From the NCBI RefSeq assembly GCF_964204645.1, contig NC_134026.1, forward strand, positions 8,703,950 through 8,767,949: DNA of 64,000 nucleotides, given 5' to 3'. The notes below the pieces were generated by a model, which was given only the letters and a program-made list of their open reading frames with translations, had not been told where the DNA came from and ran no database searches. Origin of the DNA: Tubulanus polymorphus. Lineage: Eukaryota > Animalia > Nemertea. The position numbers and the translations under genes are program-made. Position 1 is the first letter of the stretch. Every line of letters begins with the position of its first letter. Positions 1-12,600 of the stretch are shown here, piece by piece.

Positions 1-151
1 GGTGGTAAAAAATTGCATCGTATCAAGTTCTGAAACGACGATTCCCGACAGTTTGGGTTCAAATTGGCAAGATTATGTTTAACTAATTGTTGGAATCTTA
101 AAGAGGGGATCAGCGCGTAACCTATTGAGGTAGAGATCTCTTTCTTGCGGT

Positions 152-398
152 TTATGTTGGAAACAAAGGTTGAACAAAAAATCTATGAATCGGTATTAAT
201 GGGTTTTGAAGTGAACTGTGACAATGTATATAAACATAACGAATATCTGATTTAGAATCATTCCACATTAAGGCTAAATAGTGGAGAATATATTCGAAGA
301 TATTGCTAGTAGAGTGATGTAGAGGACGAACTGGAATCGATTTTGATATTGGTAAATTATTTGACAACATAAGATGGGCATTTTAGGAAATCTTATAA
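152..398 (-). mobile_element. Possible decayed CR1/L2-type LINE 3' fragment
   Basis: Minus-strand translation (YKI...HHST...F.YI...MWND) loosely resembles the C-terminal end of CR1/L2 ORF2; highly degenerate. Confidence 0.25.
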
Positions 399-567
399 AG
401 AGGTGGATCCAGGATATTCAGGGGATACTTTGGTGGCCATTCCCCAGAAAATTTTGCAAAATTGGACTCTTTCCCATTCATGCGGCGTTTTTAGGCACTG
501 CATGATCATTGAAAGACTGAAAATAGATAGTACGAAGGAAAAAGCAACCCCCCTGGATTCGTATCTG
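399..567. mobile_element. MITE with AGRGGYGGATCCAG-type terminal inverted repeats
   Basis: Starts agaggtggatccagga, ends ccccctggattcgtatctg; flanked on both sides by ttataa (393-398, 568-573), a candidate TSD. Confidence 0.55.
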
Positions 568-651
568 TTATAACATGTATGTTCCCATACGGTATGTTCT
601 ACGTTTTTGTAAGGTCTTCCATTTAAACCCGTACGTATACGTAATATTTGT

Positions 652-949
652 GGAGTGGTGTGGCCGAGCGGTTATAGCGTTCCACTCTGGGAAGCCAGGT
701 CGTTGGTTCGAACCCCGTGCATTGCCGTAGTGTCCTCGGGCAAGACACTTACTCTCATTGCCTCTCTCCACCCAGGAGTAAATGGGTACCTGGCCTGATA
801 GATGACTCCTGAGCGTTTGTTAGCAGCTCGGTGTTACCAGGGAGAGATTACTGATACATGTTAGAGTATAACATCGGCCGGGGTAATAATATCGAAAAAT
901 GTAAAGCGCTCTGAGCAGCCTGACTGTATTTAGCGCTATATAAGACACA

Positions 950-1012
<63 letters not shown>
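652..1012 (+). mobile_element. tRNA-derived SINE with CORE-like central domain and L2/CR1-type tail ending in (ATT)n
   Basis: A box tggccgagcgg, B box ggttcgaaccc, central gtgtcctcgggcaagacactt...ccacccaggagtaaatgggtacc, 3' gtaaagcgctctgag...agcgctatataag, then (att)n ~950-1012. A second copy lies at ~32555. Confidence 0.85.
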
Positions 1013-1013
<1 letters not shown>

Positions 1014-1097
1014 GTATTTAGGGATGCATCTTGTGACTGCAAGTGCTACGTTATAGTAATAGTTATCTCTTCAAACGTAGCGCAGCCCTATTATCAC

Positions 1098-1373
1098 CAG
1101 GCGCGGATCCAAGATTTTTTCCAGGCGGGGTTCATAAAGAATGTTAGTGTAAAACCGTCGACTAAAATCTCCGGTAGGGGGCCTATACGGCATATTGTTT
1201 GGCCAAACATAAGATGATATAGTACTGATTATGTAATACTGTTCGCCCACTTTGTCTTGAGTACATTCCTTCAAGAAAACGATTAGACTTTTTTTGGTAG
1301 CTGAGCAGGGGGGATCATGACCCCTAACCCCCCCTCTGGACGTATCGGCCCCACTCCGCGCGGTTCCGCCACC
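1098..1373. mobile_element. MITE related to the 399-567 element
   Basis: Begins caggcgcggatccaag; G/C-run subterminal motifs ggggatcatgacccctaaccccccctctgga; right end decayed. Confidence 0.45.
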
Positions 1374-2049
1374 GTGCGGGATTTACGCGAAGCAGCAAAC
1401 ACAAACATGGCCACTCTCTCAATTTTCAATGATAGAAATCGTGTGTGCATTTCAATTATTTCGGCTGTTAGGGTTTTAAGGCACAATATAAGTTGATGAT
1501 GTGATATGGCGATGTTAATTAATGATAATTCCGCAGTGAAGCTAGTCACGAACGGTGCCGATTGAGTGTACAGCTGCCAATAACACTGAAATGAGCGTAG
1601 TTGCGTAACTATTTGCAGTGAATTGCAGACGAAACATGAAGCCTTAACGGCCGTTAAAAAAAAATTATACCAATCGCAATTGTAAAATAAAAATGAGATA
1701 GAACCTAAGTTAAAATTCTGGCCATTTCTAAAATGTTATCACTAATTTTTAGTCAGTGCCGAACGTTTAGTTTTCCAACAATAATGAGGGGTCGTAGGTA
1801 GTCATGCGAGTCATCATTTATTACACGTTACTTCCGTGTTGTTGAAAATCTCGCGAGTCCTGGACCAAACCCCATTGAACAATGTGATCTGTGTGCTGGC
1901 CACAAATGCACACATATCACACTACACTACCCATTACAAACTCCAGTACCCACAGCTTTCATATACCCATCAAAATATTTAGAGTGTCTTTCTTCCTGGA
2001 TTCGCACCCGATCACTATAGCATCTATCGTCGTTGGGAGGTTACAATTC

Positions 2050-2330
2050 AATGGTCTCTTTATTGTTGTACTACCATTTCGGGCCGGGATGTACATAGCG
2101 ATACAGTCGTGTATTTACAAGTAATTTACAAAGCATACAAATTTTACATTGATAACACTAAGAGGGATAACATTGGTTTCTAGTTAATTACCAGAATCCA
2201 GGATATCAAAGCCTCGAGAGATGTATTCCCCAATTTGGCAATTGGACCATGTAGTTTTTTTATCCGTGAGAAGCTTTTTGAATTTGGTTTGGTCGTCTCA
2301 ATTTGGGGCATCTGGATATATACAACTCAC
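2050..2330 (-). mobile_element. LINE 3' end relic (RTEX/L2-like)
   Basis: Minus frame YPDAPN*DDQTKFKKLLTDKK...IGEYISRGFDIL resembles LINE ORF2 C-termini; followed on the minus strand by a small stem-loop and AATAAA near 2060. Confidence 0.4.
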
Positions 2331-3016
2331 ATGACATCAAAGTGCGTTTCCCGTTAATCGCGAGCGGCTAAACTGAAGAAAGCAAAAATTTCAATAACGC
2401 GCTCTTCGTTTGAAACAAAATATACTGTCAATTTAAGCTCAACTACAAAGGATGTATATAACTTCGCGTTCCGATTTCCAATCTAGATATCTCTTAGAAA
2501 CGGTCGACAGCTTTTGACGACCAACGTGCAGGAGAGGAGCGTAGGAACTGCTATGCATATATATGTATATCCAAGATGACTTTCCCCGTAAAATGCCGCT
2601 ATCTGTCCCATCGTAAATGAATATGTTCCATGACGATGACATTTTTAAGACGTTGACGACGCCGCAGCGCTCATACACAGCTTAGCGATTAACCTTGGTA
2701 AATGCGTCTTCATCAATGCATCTTCATTAGTCGAATATTTCCAACGAGAGACACGTCGGTTTAATTACGTGGAGTAAACTTTTCACTGAATTATTGACTC
2801 GCAATTGCGCGTCGTAAATCGATCAGTTTTAACAGTTAATTCACGTGCACAGGTCCTTTGATAAAGGATCGAAAAAGTAACGTTTTGAAATGAGAAAATG
2901 ATTTCGTTGTTATCCAAGCAAGTCAACAGTCATCAGAGTTGACCATGTCAGTCGAGAGTCATAACGAGAATAATCATGTGTTAATTGAAACATAATGATG
3001 GCTAACATCGAAAAAC

Positions 3017-3254
3017 ATGGGCGAACTTCGGTTATCGGAGTTAGTCGACTATAGTCGAACTAAGAAACCGAATGTCCGTTAGTCGGAACTATGGTCCGGA
3101 AATGGTAGACCACGGGATTGAGCACGGTCGCTGAAGTTCGGACCTAGGTTCAAGATGGCCGACACTGTGAAATACGTTAAGACCGAACTATAGTGCCTTC
3201 GGTTATTAGTTCCGACCACTAGTCGACCAGCTACGAAAACCGAAGTTGGCCCTG
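3017..3254 (+). mobile_element. MITE family A, copy 1 (CAGGGCGAAC-type TIR, hAT-like)
   Basis: TIRs gggcgaacttcggtt / aaccgaagttggccctg; internal sequence shared with 7090-7332 and 20988-21215. Confidence 0.8.
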
Positions 3255-3301
3255 GCTGCTACAATCTCTCTCCCTCTTCTGATAGCATGGCTGAGTGTCA
3301 C

Positions 3302-3435
3302 AATAATGACGATAATACAGTATCCCTGAAGATGAGTATAAGTATAGTCGAAACGTCGAATAAACTGCTAGATCAAGGAAACATTTTCGGACTCTATTAC
3401 CCTCGTCATTATTTTGGGGTTCTCGTTATATCATC
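3302..3435 (+). mobile_element. Penelope-like terminal-repeat fragment
   Basis: Hammerhead motif followed by AATAAA and a tail. The 5' piece aataatgacgataata is an inverted copy of downstream tatta...tcgtcattatt. Homologous to ~50676-50800. Confidence 0.65.
3321..3362 (+). ncRNA. Minimal type-I hammerhead ribozyme motif (Penelope-associated)
   Basis: tatcc CTGAAGA t gagtata-ag-tatagtc GAAA CG TC gaata: intact core, one mismatch each in stems I and II, palindromic ACGT in the minimal helix III. Confidence 0.6.
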
Positions 3436-6400
3436 GTCACAATACGAATGTAGTGTCTTATCGATCGTCATTAGTCGAGGTTCATGGTATAGTGGGTGCG
3501 CTATTCTTAGACAAGCCCCGTTAATATATGCGTCCATCGTTGCCCGAGTGAGACGTTCATAGTCAAGATTTTAATATTTCATCTATTTCTCAATACCAAC
3601 AGACGACCAATGCCAGCAGCGCGGCTGTCTGCGCTGTTGAAAATTTTAAGACGAGCTCCTTAGATACGATTTAGGCGTTTCGAATATACGTTTCGATGTT
3701 AGGGCGAAGTGGGTGTCCGTTATCTTATACCAGCTATAAGTTTCGGTAATGAGATCAGGGTAGACACAAGCCCGGGAGAGCCTGTATCCGTGTACTCGCA
3801 GGCTTTGATCACGACGATGCTGCCTTTGTTGAATTTGACTTCGTTGGCTTCGTATAGCTGGAAGGCTTCGTAGTTTTGTTAAACATGAAAACATACAGCG
3901 CGTTCGGTTCATCAGAGGTATGGATAGTATAGGCAGGTGCCTAGTGCTCAGTTGTGCGCTTAGAATCATACCCCCCGGGACCGACTAAAGATAACGCTGC
4001 ATAATTGCTTGTATTGGGTGACAAACAAGGATTTGCATTTGGAAGCTTGCCACCACCATAATTCTCATCCGACGAATAATTCATTTAATGATGTTTAAAG
4101 ACTTCGACTTCACTGCTCGGCACAATGCAACGGGCTAGGCTCAGATTTAGTCCAGTTTAATACCATCTTGCTTGCCCAATCTGACAAGCTTAAGACTGTT
4201 TAGTCTTAAGTTTCATAGTCTAAGACCGTTTGACAGTTTAAGACCATATTTGGAACTAAGAATCACAACTGCGCTAGGGCCTAGGATTCACATGACACGA
4301 TGAATACCTAAAAAAAAATAAAACCATGTCACTCCATATGATAACTACAATTACCAGCTTATTAGCCGCAAATGAATATCCTATAAATTACGACCGAAAG
4401 AAAAACCTTGACAAAAAACCAAGTCGCACTTCTAAATTCTTTATGGTTAACATTAGCCCAATCCCAAGTGATACATCAATGCGGCTATACACATATTAAC
4501 AAGCCGCTAATGAGGCCCGTTTTCCAATTACTATTTTACAATGTTTTATTCATTCCACGTTTGCAACTTCGATCCTAACCGCCCCGCATTGTAATATAGC
4601 AGCCGGGTTTCTATCTATATTCCGAGTGGTGCAAACAAGTAATGAGTGTAGCTGCAGTATTGTTCGACTTCACTTGAGCTGTTAACTGCAGTGTCATCCA
4701 TTACGGTCGAAAAGTCATTAAATCGTCGCAGTTAGCGCCAGGCGAGAGAGAGTAATTCGAGTCGGACTTCGCTTATTTCTTATATTGGCAAACTCTCTTG
4801 AATAGTTTCTCGCAACGCGCGTTTGAGGTAGACTCGTCCCGCTGCTCTCGCATCGAACGTGCTTTAATATGATACTACAATTAATTCGTTCGGTATAGAA
4901 ATTGTATTTGACGCGTCACCATCGCGATTGGCGTCGTGAATACATTTTCTTTTAGTCGATATACGATGAAAAATCGTATAATGGAGCACCTTTCAGCGAT
5001 TCCTTTTGTGTTCCAGCGTTCTCGTGTCATCGCTAATATCCCCGGCCATAAACATCGTATTATGAAATGATTCATTTATCAGAATTTTTTCCCCGGGAAA
5101 AAGCTCTTGCGCGCCGCCGAGCGAGCGCGCATTTTCTATATGCTGCTCCAGAGAAGAAATCAAATAATTTCTACTCTGATATATATGCTAATAATTCATA
5201 TGCGGAATAAATTGAAAACCATTATGTCGAAGCGAAACGGATTACAAATTGAAAATGAATTATTGACGAATCGTGCAAGCGACCGCATATGGAGTCGACA
5301 TAATAAAATTATTAGACAACGTTTTGCAACAAATACACAATGCCGAGAAGCTTTGTTGTTAATGCATATGGCAGGGCCGCGGCTATATCGGCGGTTTGAT
5401 TCTGCGCGAAAGACACGTTAGATTGAATTTACAACCCTTTCACGTCTTGATCGGCGGCATAAATGCGCGATGCGGACAGCACAAATTTACCAGATATGTC
5501 AGTCCCGTTAGGCGGCATAATAACATCATTTCTAAATGTACCTCCGACGCGCGCGCGCTGTGCGAGTCTTGTTTATTTAATATCGACGTCTTGGAGGCCA
5601 CTGGCAAAAATGCAGAAGAAATTCAGTATGCCCAAAAGGTTACGCGCATACACGATTTATAAACAGGAAGAACGCGTGCATCATCGGAAAACAGAATCGA
5701 TCCGTGACAATGCCGGCCGTTATATTCGCCAACGACGTACATATCTATATTTAATGCGCAAAAAATATATATCGCTGTATAATTTTCGCTGAATTGATTT
5801 CGTCGAGCCGATATCGGGTGTCGAGAATTGCGTCTAGAATAACGTCGATGGATCGATGGACGCCGTGTTGAAGCTCAATTTAGAAACACGTCAATTGCGC
5901 ATCATTTCAAAAATCTTTGGGCCCAAAACTAACCGAGGCATAATTTATTATTAAGAGAGTTTCATATAGTTGATGTTGATTGGTTAGTCTTTGCGTGATG
6001 ACGTAATTTTCAACGATTAGCGGTTGTTTTTGATACTCAATTTCGCAATTCTTTTGCATTTTATGTCGACTTGAATTCTTCTTAAGATCATTTTGTTCAT
6101 GAAAAACTCAAAATGTACTTTTTAGCCAGGTTATTCGCTCGACTATTTGCCTATGACATTAGAAGCTATTTACAGAATTACTTATCAATGTAGAATTTCT
6201 TGCCAGTCGAAAAAGCGTTTCGGTTAACCGCCATATCATATCAAGCAGGCGTATATAGATGGAAACACTAATTTTGCGATTTAACATAAAGATGTACATC
6301 ATTTGATGACAAATTCATCCGATACATGACACACATGCTATTCATCAAAACAGAATAGTGCAGAGATTTCGTAACAAACAATATTTCCAATATTCAAAGA

Positions 6401-6838
6401 ACACGAATTTGATAATTGAATTAATGTATTTGCACATCAAAATGACAGTTATGATACATGAATTGCGTTGAATTACATTTAATATAAATTGAATGTGAAG
6501 GGCACACCTAGAGAACCATATAAGGCTGTATAATGATTGCTGTTACGTGCACTTGAGAATACTCTTAAATCATCGTCTATCACCGTGGCTTATACGACTT
6601 TTGAAAAACGGTGCAATTCGTCATAAATACAGATTTCGAGAAAATGAAATGCACAAAATCCTCCGAATGGTATTATCCCTTGATTGTTCCTGGCGCGCCG
6701 GTGTCGTTCGTTCGTTCGTTTGGTTTTTTTTGTTCTATCGTTAATCGCTAGCTTTTCGCCGAGAACGACTGATTATTGCGTATTATCGAGGATGAATGCT
6801 TACAGTAATTAATGTGTACTGTCTCTTCATCTTTCCAG

Positions 6839-6850
6839 GTTAGAAAAGCG
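6839..6850 (+). other. Candidate 12-nt microexon
   Basis: Polypyrimidine acceptor gtctcttcatctttccAG, exon gttagaaaagcg, donor GTAAGC; no partner exons identified. Confidence 0.35.
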
Positions 6851-7089
6851 GTAAGCGTTGTACAAAGGGGAAAATAGACGCACACAAAGAGATTAAACGA
6901 CTAGTCGCGAAGCGCTCGGCTTTATCGATCTTCAGCTGTACGTATATTGTGAGGGGATGTTTATCGCAGCCTTGAAGAGGAAACAACTATATAATAGCTG
7001 CTACTGGAATCTGTTTTCATATCGATTGAATTAAACAAAGAATATGTGTGCAACGATATTATTTTTCGCGGTCAAGAGTACGTGACACA

Positions 7090-7332
7090 CTGGGCGAACT
7101 TCGGTTTTCGTAGTCAGTCGACTAGTGGTCAAAACTAATAACCGAGAAAGCACGCTATTCATACGTGCATGTCGTTCGGTCGTAACGCATTTCACACCGA
7201 CGGCCATCTTGGAACTAGGTCCGAACTTCAGCGACCGCGCCCAATCCCGTGGTCGACCGTTGTTCAAACTAATTGACATTAGTTTTCACTTAGTTTGCAG
7301 TCGACTAACTCCGACTTCCAAGGTTCGCCCTG
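7090..7332 (-). mobile_element. MITE family A, copy 2
   Basis: ctgggcgaacttcggttttcg ... aggttcgccctg; reverse-complement homolog of 3017-3254. Confidence 0.8.
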
Positions 7333-7675
7333 GTAAATTCGACTGTACTAGAAAAGTTTCTATATATATTATACTTTAAGAACTTTTAAACATACAAACG
7401 ACAATACAATTATGGCTTTGGTGTATGTGGCTTAAAAGTCTCAAAAGAACGATTTGACCGTTGGATGCTGTGAAGACAGTACGGTTATATACATATTTTT
7501 TCAAGACTAAATGCAAATGGATTGGATTTAGTATACCTTTCGAAGTCTCTACACGGCATTTCAAAATATAATTTAGGCCTACTATCCATCTGACAACGAT
7601 TGAAATGAGATATAATTCATAAAAATGCTAGAAATCCCTCAGGCTTTGATATATATGAATTGTATAGAATTACTC

Positions 7676-8055
<380 letters not shown>

Positions 8056-8914
8056 CAGTGCTTTCGTACAGCAAAACCGAACGAACCGAAAAAATGCACT
8101 ATCATGCGGTTTCGTGGCCTTTGCGGTTGAGTTTAGGAAATCCAAATAATCAGCGTTAATGTATTTCGTGTATTTTAATGTACGTTTTGGATTAGATTTG
8201 AAATATTATTTTTTGGTGTCGAACGCCGCCGCTGCGCCTGTGCCGTGATACGACGAAGCTTATAGTTTCTTTTGATCAGCATAATATCATAACGTGTAAA
8301 AATTCTGCGCCAGTGGTTCGGCGGTAAATAAACTTTTAAGAAATATCGCCGCCGCCACTGGCATTAGTTTTTCATTATATAATACCAGTGCCATAATGTT
8401 CAATTCATAGACATACTTATGCATAATACGTAGCGCGGGCAGGCAGCAAGAGAATCGGCGACTAAAAGCAAAAAGTACTCAAGTGGTTTTTGTGAAGACG
8501 GTTTGCATTAAACCGCGTATTCTTTGTATCGCTCTTCGTATACTTACGATGTCATTTCTTCGATGCATCGAAGGAGAACTTCTGATTTAATGATACCCTC
8601 CGGCGCATATCTGCTGTTCATTTGTGTTTATTGGGGTGAAAGTCGTCGTCGCATTTTAGCGTAGCCAAAAGAGCAACCGATTCGAAAGAAGAAAATCGTA
8701 TATACCGAATATTTTTAAAGAATTTCGTTTCGAAGTTATTTGACTGCGACTTTATACGTGTCTATATATTAAGAAGTTTTCGTGTTACACGTTGTAGCAT
8801 ACAACATGGAAAGTATGGTTTTTTTCGTAACCAAAATAGAAAGTAATATTTTGAAGTGAATTTCGATGTTGTTGATACTGCGGGAAATATTCCGTATTCA
8901 CATCGGGCTACGCT

Positions 8915-9230
8915 GTTGAACCATTTGGACATACTTTCATTGGATGATTTAGCTTAATTGAGCTTCCATCTAGTTCTCAAGACTTGTTCACCAACTGGGG
9001 TTTCCTCTGATGACATCATTCTGGGATTCCTATTGAGTGAATCTGTTGATGTCTTCCTATTGGTTCGGTGCAGCAGGCTCCCAGGATGATGTCATCAGAG
9101 GAAATTCCAGTTGGTAAACGAGTCTAGAGAACTAGATGAAAGCTCCATTAAGCTATATTATCCAGTGAAAATAACTAAGAAATGGTCCAACTGTATCAAG
9201 AAACCTGGATAGAGATACACATTCTACCCA
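8915..9230. mobile_element. Fold-back Penelope-like terminal relic with decayed hammerhead
   Basis: Imperfect inverted arms ~8935-9026 / 9079-9171. Right arm reads agt CTAGAGA actagatg...tatccagt GAAA ata act (degenerate core with pairing stems), then tail aagaaacctggatagagatacac. Confidence 0.5.
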
Positions 9231-10771
9231 TAGTTGATTTCAACTTTCTCGAGCTGTGATATTTACAAGTAAAACTGAACTCATCTGGTGAATCCATTTT
9301 CGCGATGAGTTTATTCCAATTTCCTAATATCAATCAAAGCCTTCAATCCCCTTGCCGCATGGAATAATGGATCGTGATTATGAATTCATAGACTTTTAGA
9401 GATTTATCTAATTATTTGGATCTGCTGCTCTTTTTGCTCCATTTATATTATGCGACATATCGGAATATCTGTTTTATGCATGAAGTAAGAATCACTCATT
9501 TGGATCCGAATGTAAAAGCCACTCTTACCAATAAGATATAAGGACAGTATAGAGAACGGATTAACGTGCTTCTTACTTCTAGCCCAAAAATTTCATTCTG
9601 GTTACCCGTGTCCGGGCATACATGATGATAACGTGATTCGCTATACGAGGTAATATGTAAGCGAAATATGGTTTAAACGTGCATAATATAGCTTGTTCCT
9701 TTTACATAGCTAATATATGAATATATATATATAGGGTAAAAAAAAACTGATGTACAAAGTCTAGTGTAATAATGGTAATAATATATGAAAATAAAAGCAA
9801 GTTAAGATTAAAAACCTGCGTTCGTTCGAAGCTATCCATTTTTCAACGCGAGACTTATCCGACTGTCGCTGTTGTTAAGGAAATGAATTTCATCAATAAA
9901 CGAAAGCGAGTAGGGAGCAAGAGAGAGAGAGAGAGAGAGACAAGTGAAACGAGACCAGGGGCAATATTTTGACGTTTTTCGAAGGCTTCTTAATTGATCG
10001 GGGCTTTACGTATTCGCGCGCGTCGCGATGAATAGTTTGAGGACCGATGACAGTAAGACAGTGCGCCGCCACCGTTTTAGATAATTCTCGATATGCTCGA
10101 TTTCGACGAATGATATTACGGCTACGACACGTCCAGATCGTACCGATTATAATCATGAAAAATCGGCTCGTTAATGAAAATATCAGATAATATCAATTCC
10201 GTGATTCAAGAAATACTTTCTGCCATTCGTTATTCGTATGCGGATTTCATCGGTAAGTATTTCTGCTCGTTTCTTATCAGTTGTATTGTCCAGAAATAGG
10301 TATAGCGTTAAAGGGGTTAACTAATTAATTCTGCAGGGACGCACGAGATGTTGTTTGATGTGCAGTGTTCATATCCTGCCGCAGTTTACTTTAAACATGC
10401 CACCGTGTCCACGACGCCGGGTAATGAAATACTAAATCTTGCCCGTAAGCTGACAAACCTTGAAAAAATAAGCAGATCAGCAAACGCGCCACGCCATGTC
10501 GCCGAAACGCGTATAATGTCGATAGTTTTACGACCAGACATCCGTGTTTTTTTAGAGGAAAACATCAAACTCATTCTGATAAACGTTTGTTTTTAAAAGT
10601 TGAGGCCAGTAGTATATGCTTATATATCCAGAAATGCCCTTTCCGTCACCAAAAACCGGACAATCGAGCAAATAGGCAAAGAAACGTGACTGAGCACTGA
10701 TAAGAACTTCCCTGATGACATCATGAAGATATTTACCTTAGATATTGCGTAAAATGGTAAGTACGCTCGCT

Positions 10772-10858
10772 TATGAGACGAGAAGATACACAATATCCGT
10801 GTATGACGAATAATGAGAGAAATCCAACAATGAAATCGGCCAAAAATGAAAATTTCTT
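10772..10858 (-). mobile_element. Penelope-like 3' tail fragment
   Basis: gagacgagaagatacacaatatccgtgta...gagagaaatccaacaat is homologous to 63449-63512 and, inverted, to 63860-63897. Confidence 0.55.
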
Positions 10859-11053
10859 TATTAAAATGATTATATTTCGAGCAACGATTCGGCCAAATGC
10901 CTTTAGCCATCATCAGGCGTACATTCGCGTATGTTCAAATCCTACAATGTTTAACAACAAACATATCACGAATGGTCTTCGGAATTTGAATCGGAATTAG
11001 ATAACTCTTTGTAAACTCTTTGTAAATCTTTGTCACCATCAAATATCATTTGT

Positions 11054-11397
11054 ATTGATTGATTGATTTTATTTTCATAGAACATAGTTTAGTATAATAA
11101 TCTATCTTACAAAATACCGCAATGAACTATGAACTACTTGTATCGCAAGCGATCAGGCACTTTCACTCAACAAGGGCCAAGGTCGAGCAAAATAGATATA
11201 TCTCAAAAAGCAAACAGTTTTGATACCCACATCGCGTTGCCACATAATAGTGGGATATGATGCCGGCCACAACAATATGAATTAACCATGTCCTAATCGA
11301 CTGCTAATCGAGTTATCGATGGGAATCGAACTGTACACGGTGGAAACCCGGCACCCGGGTTGTGTAAAGCCAGGGAAATCCTATTACACCGCGGTCG
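11054..11397 (-). mobile_element. Degenerate tRNA-derived SINE
   Basis: Minus strand has ggtgtaatagg (A-box-like) and gttcgattccc (B box), and ends in aataaaatcaatcaatcaat. Confidence 0.45.
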
Positions 11398-12069
11398 TTA
11401 CGGCGATTTGTACAAATCAGCAAAAGACGATGACGTCACAGGAAGGAAACCTTAGCGTTTTACGGAACGTCTGCTGGTAAACGGAACAAGCGAGTGTCTT
11501 AAAAGAAATCAATAGATTCTTTGATTGCCAACTACAGGGCGTGTGAGATTGTTAAAAGCATGTGGTATTGGCACTGAATAATGCGCACTATCCTTACGAT
11601 GTTGTCGAGAAAATGGGGAAAATCTACGTTTTATTGAGCTGTCTGGAAAATTCTTTTCACGAGTCGACGTGTACTAGGTTTATTATCTAAAAATCGATTA
11701 ACGATATCATTCAAACGGTTTTAAAATTTTTCAATCAATTTCCTTAACATCCTTGCTGCTTCACGGCCATTCAAGGGACGCCCTTCGAATTCTTTTTTTT
11801 TATACGTACGCTGGCATATCAGTTTGGAAGCCTGATTTTCAAGTAATTATAAGAAATCCTTGTTTCTCCTTTGTCAAATCGAATTACCTGTCAGCGTGCC
11901 AGCCGATCTAGAACAGGAAATTCAAGAGGTAAATATTTTCTTACAAAACCTGAACTCAACACTAATTGGGGGGAGTTTAACATCTAATGAGTCATGTTTA
12001 TGCAATTACGCCTGGCTCGCATCGAGCGAAACCCGTGTAGAGTTCTACCTACGATCCGAACGCGCGCAT

Positions 12070-12600
12070 CGAACTACACGAAATTACACCACTTAACCAT
12101 AATTTGTAAATTTATACTTTCCAATATCGATTTTGAGAAAAACGGGGAAAATGGGGTTTATTTCATTTCACTAACTACAGTATATGAAGGTATACCACGG
12201 GAAAATATATGTATGCGTGTGTTATTCCCACACCCATCCATCCTAAGTATAGGATTTCAAGTCGTATTAGATTTGATGGAGTCTGTGGTTTTTTTCTGGA
12301 TGCTGAATTATTGATGCGGACACCGACAACGGTTGAGGTTCTCAATGGCGACATTACGATACATATACGTAGCCATCATCCAGAATTTAAACTCATCCGT
12401 GACGTTTCAAGTGGTAAATGCGTCTGAAAATCTCATCAAACATTTATTAGCCTATTTTCACAATATCTAACGTATCGGAAATGAATTGCTGAACGCACAC
12501 ACACACAGATCCTAGCCGTGAGAAGCGCGTCAGCTATCCGTGCCAGATTGAAAGCATGCTTTCAAAGCACTACGAACGAGCCTTGGCGCTCGTTGCGAAT
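12070..12600 (+). mobile_element. Possible non-autonomous Helentron/HINE-like element
   Basis: Contains aaactcatccgtga...aaatctcatcaa, a short (CA)n and a 3' stem-loop aacgagccttggcgctcgtt; classified by architecture only. Confidence 0.35.

Noticed and set aside
652-725. tRNA gene
   Set aside because: A and B boxes are present, but there is no complete cloverleaf and the sequence continues into a SINE body that has a second copy.
8357-8390. CACTGG...CCAGTG mini-palindrome as another micro-transposon
   Set aside because: No TSD and no second copy.
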